Source of the DNA: Eledone cirrhosa
Lineage: Eukaryota
Length of the DNA: 64,000 nucleotides
NCBI GenBank assembly: GCA_964016885.1
Contig: OZ024742.1
Location: 74,152,001 to 74,216,000, forward strand
Direction of reading: 5' to 3'
Positions 57,701-64,000 of the stretch are shown piece after piece; the stretch's first letter is position 1; the number at the start of each line of letters is the position of its first letter. The notes below the pieces were generated by a model, which saw only the letters and a list, made by a program, of their open reading frames with translations, had not been told where the DNA came from and ran no database searches. A program made the position numbers and the translations under genes.

Positions 57701-58323
57701 ACCTAAAAACTTAAAACCACAACTGAATACTAACCCATACAATCACTAATACTCTTTTATTCCTAATTAAACCATTTTTCAACTGTGAACAATTTGTCAG
57801 CATTTTCTATTCCGTTTACCAATATATAATAACTTGTGTGTTACACCTCTATTCTTTTAACTATATATATATACATAAATATATATAAATATATACATAT
57901 ATGTATGTGTGTGTATATGTTATATATATATATATATTTATTGGTAAACGGAATAGAAAATGCTGACAAATTGTTCACAGTGAAAAATAGTTTAATTAGG
58001 AATAAGTGAAAATTAGTAATAGTATTGGTTAGTATTCAGTTTTGGTTTTTACCGGTTGCGCATTTCTAATGCTTTTCAAAAATAATTTTGAGATAGAACG
58101 TCCGTGATGTTTGCTCTGATCTGATTAGTTTTGGGAATTCTACCTGTTTTTATGTTAAAAAAGTGGCTCCAGCGGTATTAAAATAAGTTTTGGGCCAATT
58201 CGTGTTGCAAAAATTCTTGTGGTTAAAACAATTTTAATTGGTCGCTAGAGGTCATGTGAATGTAAAAAATTGATTTTGCGCCAAATGTAGGTTTGACACA
58301 AACCTACATTTATATATATATTT

Positions 58324-58411
<88 letters not shown>

Positions 58412-58418
58412 AAATATA

Positions 58419-59192
58419 CTAGCAGTAAAGCCCGGCGTTGCTCGGGGTCGCTCAGTAGCTGTGTTAAAGTTACAATGTTAAGTTTCTGTTTTGGCTTAAA
58501 AACTGTAGTGTCTACTGTGCAGACTTGCATGTGGTGTTTTTGATTAATATTCCCTCAACCAACAATATGCCTTATGAAGTTAAGAAAACATAACGATAAC
58601 CCGAATGTTATAACAAAAGAGGATGCTGGGGATAAAAACTGCACTGGTTATTTATTAACAAAGATCGAAAATGTAAACACTGCAACGCAGAGAAAAACAT
58701 TAGCGTAACCAAATTATCAGTTATGTCTGTCTGCACGCCTATATCACCTCTCTGCACAACTGTCTGTCTGCACGCCTGAAATATTTGCTTGTTTTACGTA
58801 GTCTTTAAATAGACTTGTTTTCAAGTAAAAATATTGTTTTAAAATGCTTTTAAATGGAAATGAAGCAAAACGGAAGCTTAGTGTTCGAATGTTCGTGTAT
58901 TGTGTTAATGTCATTTTAAACGCTGAGAAAGCCAGCGTAATTTTTTACGTAAGACGCTCAATGTAAACAGAACAAAGGCAAATAACTGATAACTTACGCT
59001 CAAAAATCGACACATTATATTCGATTTCGTCACATAGGGTGGGTCAATTTGAAATTTTTTTTTTCCGATGTCTTCGCTAGGGCTCAATGTACAAGTCTAC
59101 CAATTTCGGTGCAATTCCGTGAGAGATTCTAAGAGGAGATGTGTGCCAAAAATCGATAGACAGACAGACAACCACAGTTTTATATATATAGA
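58419..59192 (-). mobile_element. Non-autonomous Helitron-like element
   Basis: CTAGCAG..CCCGGCGTTGCTCGG at one end and CAGTTTTATATATATAGA at the other, as in 16837-17195. Confidence 0.7.
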
Positions 59193-59891
59193 TATATGCT
59201 TAAAATACTGTTAGCTTATCGCTAAAACAATTTCTATACCTTTCATTTATATATTTATACTCGGATATTTTCCTAGAGTGCTTAAATTATCTGTGACTAG
59301 TCCCGGTTTTTTATAAAAACTGCGATAAATTTGCTGAACTCCTTTTGTAGAGTTTTTTTTTCGGAATGTATTTGATTGTTATTTCTTGTAAACAAACTTT
59401 CATTTTCATCCTGACGTCACTAGCCCTGTTTTTCCTCATGTGCGTTTTTCATAATCACGCATGATGGTGAACTAGCCAGTTTTAGAATTCCCCTTTTGGC
59501 TTAAAATTCTGTGAGAGCCCTGGTTATCGAGTTGAGCTCTGCTGATGATGAATTCTAACCGTGACCATCTCCACTGAAAGTTTTCATGAAATAGTCTTCA
59601 AGACTATACAGAGCATTTGATGTTTTTCCAAATTGAAGAATAAGTATTTTAAACTTTATTTTATCATGAGTTAAGGCTCTATCGATTTTTCCCTGGATTT
59701 CACTAAATTCTGTGGATGAATTTATATCCTGATTCTCTTTTGAGATGAGTTTGAATTATTTTTCCTACATCTTACGTTAACTATTTTTCCCACCTTGACG
59801 ACATAGTCGCATATATGTTATGGAATACTGTTAGCTTATCGCTAAAACAATTTCTATACCTTTCATTTATATATATATATATATATATATA

Positions 59892-60492
59892 TAATAAAAT
59901 GTAATAAAATGAGTCCCTCATCAGTGATTTGCCGAAGATCATAGATATTTCATTGCATTAAAAATCATATACCTCACGTCGGTGCAATAATAACCAAAAT
60001 AAGTTATTAGGACAATTAAAACGCGTAAAGCGAGTGAGACAGGAGAACAACAAGGAGTATGGCTAACCAGGGGAAAGAAACAAGCTTCAAAAATTATTCT
60101 GTTTAGCATAAGCTAGGTGAATATATGAGCGCTTTTAGAACAGACCCGACACGAGCGAAGGCTATGAGCGGAGAGAGAAAAATAGCCTTCGTGGTGTACA
60201 GGATGAAATGAAGAGAAGAGAGAGAAACAGTGAGTGAGTGAAAGTGTGAGGAAGAGTTAACTGACATGACAGCTTATGCTAAACAGAATAATTTTTGAAG
60301 CTTGTTTCTTTCCCCTGGTTAGCCATACTCCTTGTTGTTCTCCTGTCTCACTCGCTTTACGCGTTTTAATTGTCCTAATAACTTATTTTGGTTATTATTG
60401 CACCGACGTGAGGTATATGATTTTTAATGCAATGAAATATCTATGATCTTCGGCAAATCACTGATGAAGGACTCATTTTATTACATTTTATT
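59892..60492. mobile_element. Fold-back PLE-like end (~220-bp arms, ~160-bp spacer)
   Basis: 59892-60113 mirrors 60272-60492; related to the 4398-5935 units; lies between (TA)n tracts. Confidence 0.85.
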
Positions 60493-60535
60493 ACATGTTA
60501 TCCATGTGCTACCTGCAGTATTTTTCTCTATATTT

Positions 60536-60676
<141 letters not shown>

Positions 60677-60833
60677 AATATATATATAAATATATAACTA
60701 AGGAAGTATGCTAAGTAACCAGTTGGACCACAACGCACCAAAGTACTCGATAATGGGTAGTAGAGTGGGTAGTAGGACCTAGCTGTCGAAACGGCCGGAG
60801 CTCAGCCGTCGGGGTCCCGACTCTTTATATATA

Positions 60834-61715
60834 CTAGCAGAGGTACCCGGCGTTGCTCGAGTATTATAATAGCAGTTGTGTATACCATTTATGTCAATAC
60901 TCCAGTGCTGCTTCGAAAACTATACATTTACAAAATCATCGGCTTTTTCCAAAAGGGAGTTCCTGCCCCCAGGGGTTCCCTACTCAATATGTGGCAATTC
61001 TGAGAGTTCACATTCATCTGTAGGACAAACGTAGCCCATGTGTCAAGTTTTGTGAAAATACTGTAGAAATGCATAAGGTTTATACATACGCGCGCGCGCG
61101 CGCGCGTGTGTGTGTTTGTGGGTGTGTATGTATTTGTGTGTGCGTATGTATGTGTATGTCCGTCGGGGCATACGTATGTACTGGCCTAAATCTTCACTAT
61201 TTACTTTTACTATTTTAATAACCTCTGTCATTTTCGTTTTCAATTTTATTTACATCATTCTTAAACTCCGGGGCTGGAAATCATTCAGTTATTTTAAATA
61301 GAATATTAGTCTAAAGACTCCATTTATACCATAAACTTGGTCTTGTCTTTGCATGAAATTGTTCTTCTCGGTCCACATAACGACGTATTATCCTCGCTTT
61401 TTTTCCGTTCATTGCCAGGGAACGTCTTCACGAACCAAAATATCGTCTTCCTGTTTTCCTTCGGTTGCAACTTTTCTCGAAATATTTACCTCTGCGTTCA
61501 CAGATTACACTCAGTTCAATTTGAATGGGAAATTCCTGTTTCATCGATTTTCTCCGTAACCATGGAAGCTTGTAGCTTGAAACTCGACCCAACGCCTCCT
61601 CGGTTCATTCTGCATAACTGTATAAATTTTCGCTGCATTCCACCAAGCGGTTTCGACGTTTACCCGACTACACCTACATATACAACGTCCGACCACTTCC
61701 AATTTATATAGTAGA
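60834..61715 (-). mobile_element. Non-autonomous Helitron-like element
   Basis: CTAGCAGAGGTACCCGGCGTTGCTCG start and TTTATATAGTAGA end on the plus strand. Confidence 0.6.
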
Positions 61716-62737
61716 TATATATATTTATACACATGTGTGTGTGTATGTATATAATCGTTAGTTTGTCAGTTTGTCAGTTTGTCTTAAAAGTCAATAGACC
61801 AAACATGTTCAAACTTGGCATGTGAGTTCCTAAGACTCAGGAATAAGTTTTCTTCAAACTTGGACCTATATTCATTTGTTTATAAGTTTGTTTATATGTT
61901 TGGAAAAATAACGTTGGTAGTCATGGACAGAAAGAAACATTACTTTGGTAGAGTATAGCCATCTTTATTGTTTGTATAAATGAGTTTTGCAGGACTAGAA
62001 CTTACTGTGGTAACCCACGATTGAACCTGGGACTCATAATATAATAAGAAAGGTAAAGAGAACATAATATCATCTATAATTAAAAAGATTTGGTAGAATA
62101 AATTATATAAACAGAATTTCATAGCGCGATGACACAGAAAGTTTATTTAATCGATCAGAAGACAATTATATAAAAGAATATATAGAAATATATACTAACA
62201 TTTCTGCTTGGAATATTTGTTTCCATTTTCGCATACATGGTAACAATATTTTCAATGGACGGACATACAACGTTTGAATATAACTCAACCATTGAACTGT
62301 TTAAGTTGGAAAATGGAGAAAAGTAGAAGGAGAGTAAAATGAAGTGTCAATCCTTTTTTTTTTCAGTACCGGAATTACAGCTTTCCAGGATTTAAGGTCT
62401 CATTTTTTTTTAGGAGGATGGAGGGTATTTACCTTCTCACGAATGACTATGCATTTCACACATACGTCTACCTTTAACATAATTCTCAGGCGGGATCAGT
62501 GCGACAAATTGCGTCAAGCTGGCTTTTGAGTTACATTTTTGCACACTTCAATTTCCACCCACCTTTTTTCTTCACACACGCACACACACACACATACACA
62601 CAGACACACACACAGACACAGACACAGACACACACACAGACACAGACACAAACACAGACACACAGACACAGACACAGACACACAGGCACAGACATACACA
62701 CACACAGACACACACAGACACACACAGACACACACAC

Positions 62738-62777
<40 letters not shown>

Positions 62778-62799
62778 ACACAAATACGACGTCCATTCC

Positions 62800-64000
62800 T
62801 ACACTAACCAAACCCTTGCCCTTCGCAAATCCGCCACCGTCACCACAACAGCATTGCAAACCCATTCTCCACTCACTTTTAAGATGGCAATCAGTGTCTC
62901 AGCTCGATCGACCACATGTCAACACCCACATTGCTGAACAGCGCTCCAATCCCCGATTATCCGTCTCAACCTCCACCCTCATAAGAAGCCACCATCAACA
63001 GGCGGAAGAGAAGTAGGAACTGATCAACATGCGACAGTTTCCATCATCTCTCTTGTGTCGGTCTGACACGTCAAGCCTCGAACGGTCTCCCAGCGTGGAG
63101 ATGCAGCAGCTGCCTCTTCTCCTCGTCTGAGCAGCTGCACCCCCACAACACCCCCAGACGACACAGCATGCCTGTCAGACCCCCAGCCCTCACTAGTCAA
63201 TATCGTTCGGCTCAGACCACTTCACAAGATCCCCCTTAAGGTCCCGAAAAAAGCCCGGGTGCCTTGGACTCCGACCGACACAGCGATTGGGAGTGATTGT
63301 TTTATTTCGCTCCACTCGCCCTCGGTCTTCCCAACACCATCCTCTAACCCACCTAGGAGGTTTTGGCTACTCTCCGGCTCAAACATCCCGGGCCACCTGC
63401 AGACTTCAGACTTCCGACACATACCACCTTATCCTAAACCCCTTTACGTGGCCTCCGAGGAACACATCATCTCTGCTTTGTGATCTTTTCATGCCAGCAG
63501 TAGCAGAAGCGCCGATAGTCTCCGACATGGCCACCTAACAGACTTGGTGTCGCCACCTAAAAGACTTGGTGTCGCCCATCACTGTCGAAGTCGGGCGCCG
63601 CCAACTGAACACCTTCGGGGCCTTCACTAATTGGTTCATTCTCGGCGTCTTGGGCTCTTATACCCGAGACCTCTTCTTTTCGGTCCGCCTCACGGCTCTC
63701 AGGTCATGAAAAAGGCGGTAGGAAACGTCTTCGGGAGGCTCGCAGCCAATCTCATCTGCATATCTGTCATACCTCATCTAGGTGAGAAACTCAGTCCGGT
63801 GCAGGTAGGGGTAGGCGTAGCCTGTGGGAGCGAGGCGGCGCCTACGCCGCTAGAGTTCATAAAAAACTGTTCTCGCGAGCCGGTGCTGAGTGATCCCAAA
63901 CATCTCATCGTCAAGCTCGACATGAGAAACGCCTTCAACTGTCTACGCCGTGCCCATATGCTCGAGGCTTACTTAGCCGTGCATCATCCACCTACCCACT
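62800..64000 (+). pseudogene. CRE-clade non-LTR retrotransposon RT fragment, runs off the window
   Basis: GC-rich; frameshifted motifs HLKDL, RLTALR, AVGNVFGRLAA, PVQVGVGVACGSEAA and LIVKLDMRNAFNCLRR. Confidence 0.75.

Overview
AT-rich, microsatellite-saturated eukaryotic DNA, most likely from an octopod cephalopod (inferred from the recurrent tRNA-type SINE ...GAGTTCAAATCCCGCCGAGGTTAACTTTGCCTTTCATCC...GTCGATAAAATAAAGTACCAG). I found no intact protein-coding gene; almost all ORFs in the track are translations of simple repeats. The dominant hidden structure is a set of Penelope-like element (PLE) ends inserted at (TA)n tracts. Five carry GIY-YIG endonuclease remnants (four Naiad-like, one Neptune-like). 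More than ten insertions are folded back into inverted repeats of 70 bp to 3.5 kb. About 25 type I hammerhead-ribozyme motifs from at least 10 sequence families lie in these ends. They have palindromic stem III, and some have U3-A8 or A13C core variants or 60-85 nt stem II insertions. Also present: a 4-kb 24-bp satellite that switches strand six times, SINEs, three non-autonomous Helitron-like elements, mariner/Tigger MITEs, a solo LTR, RTE, Tx1 and CRE LINE remnants, and one candidate 42-nt host micro-exon. All ribozyme and clade calls were made by eye and need covariance-model or profile searches.
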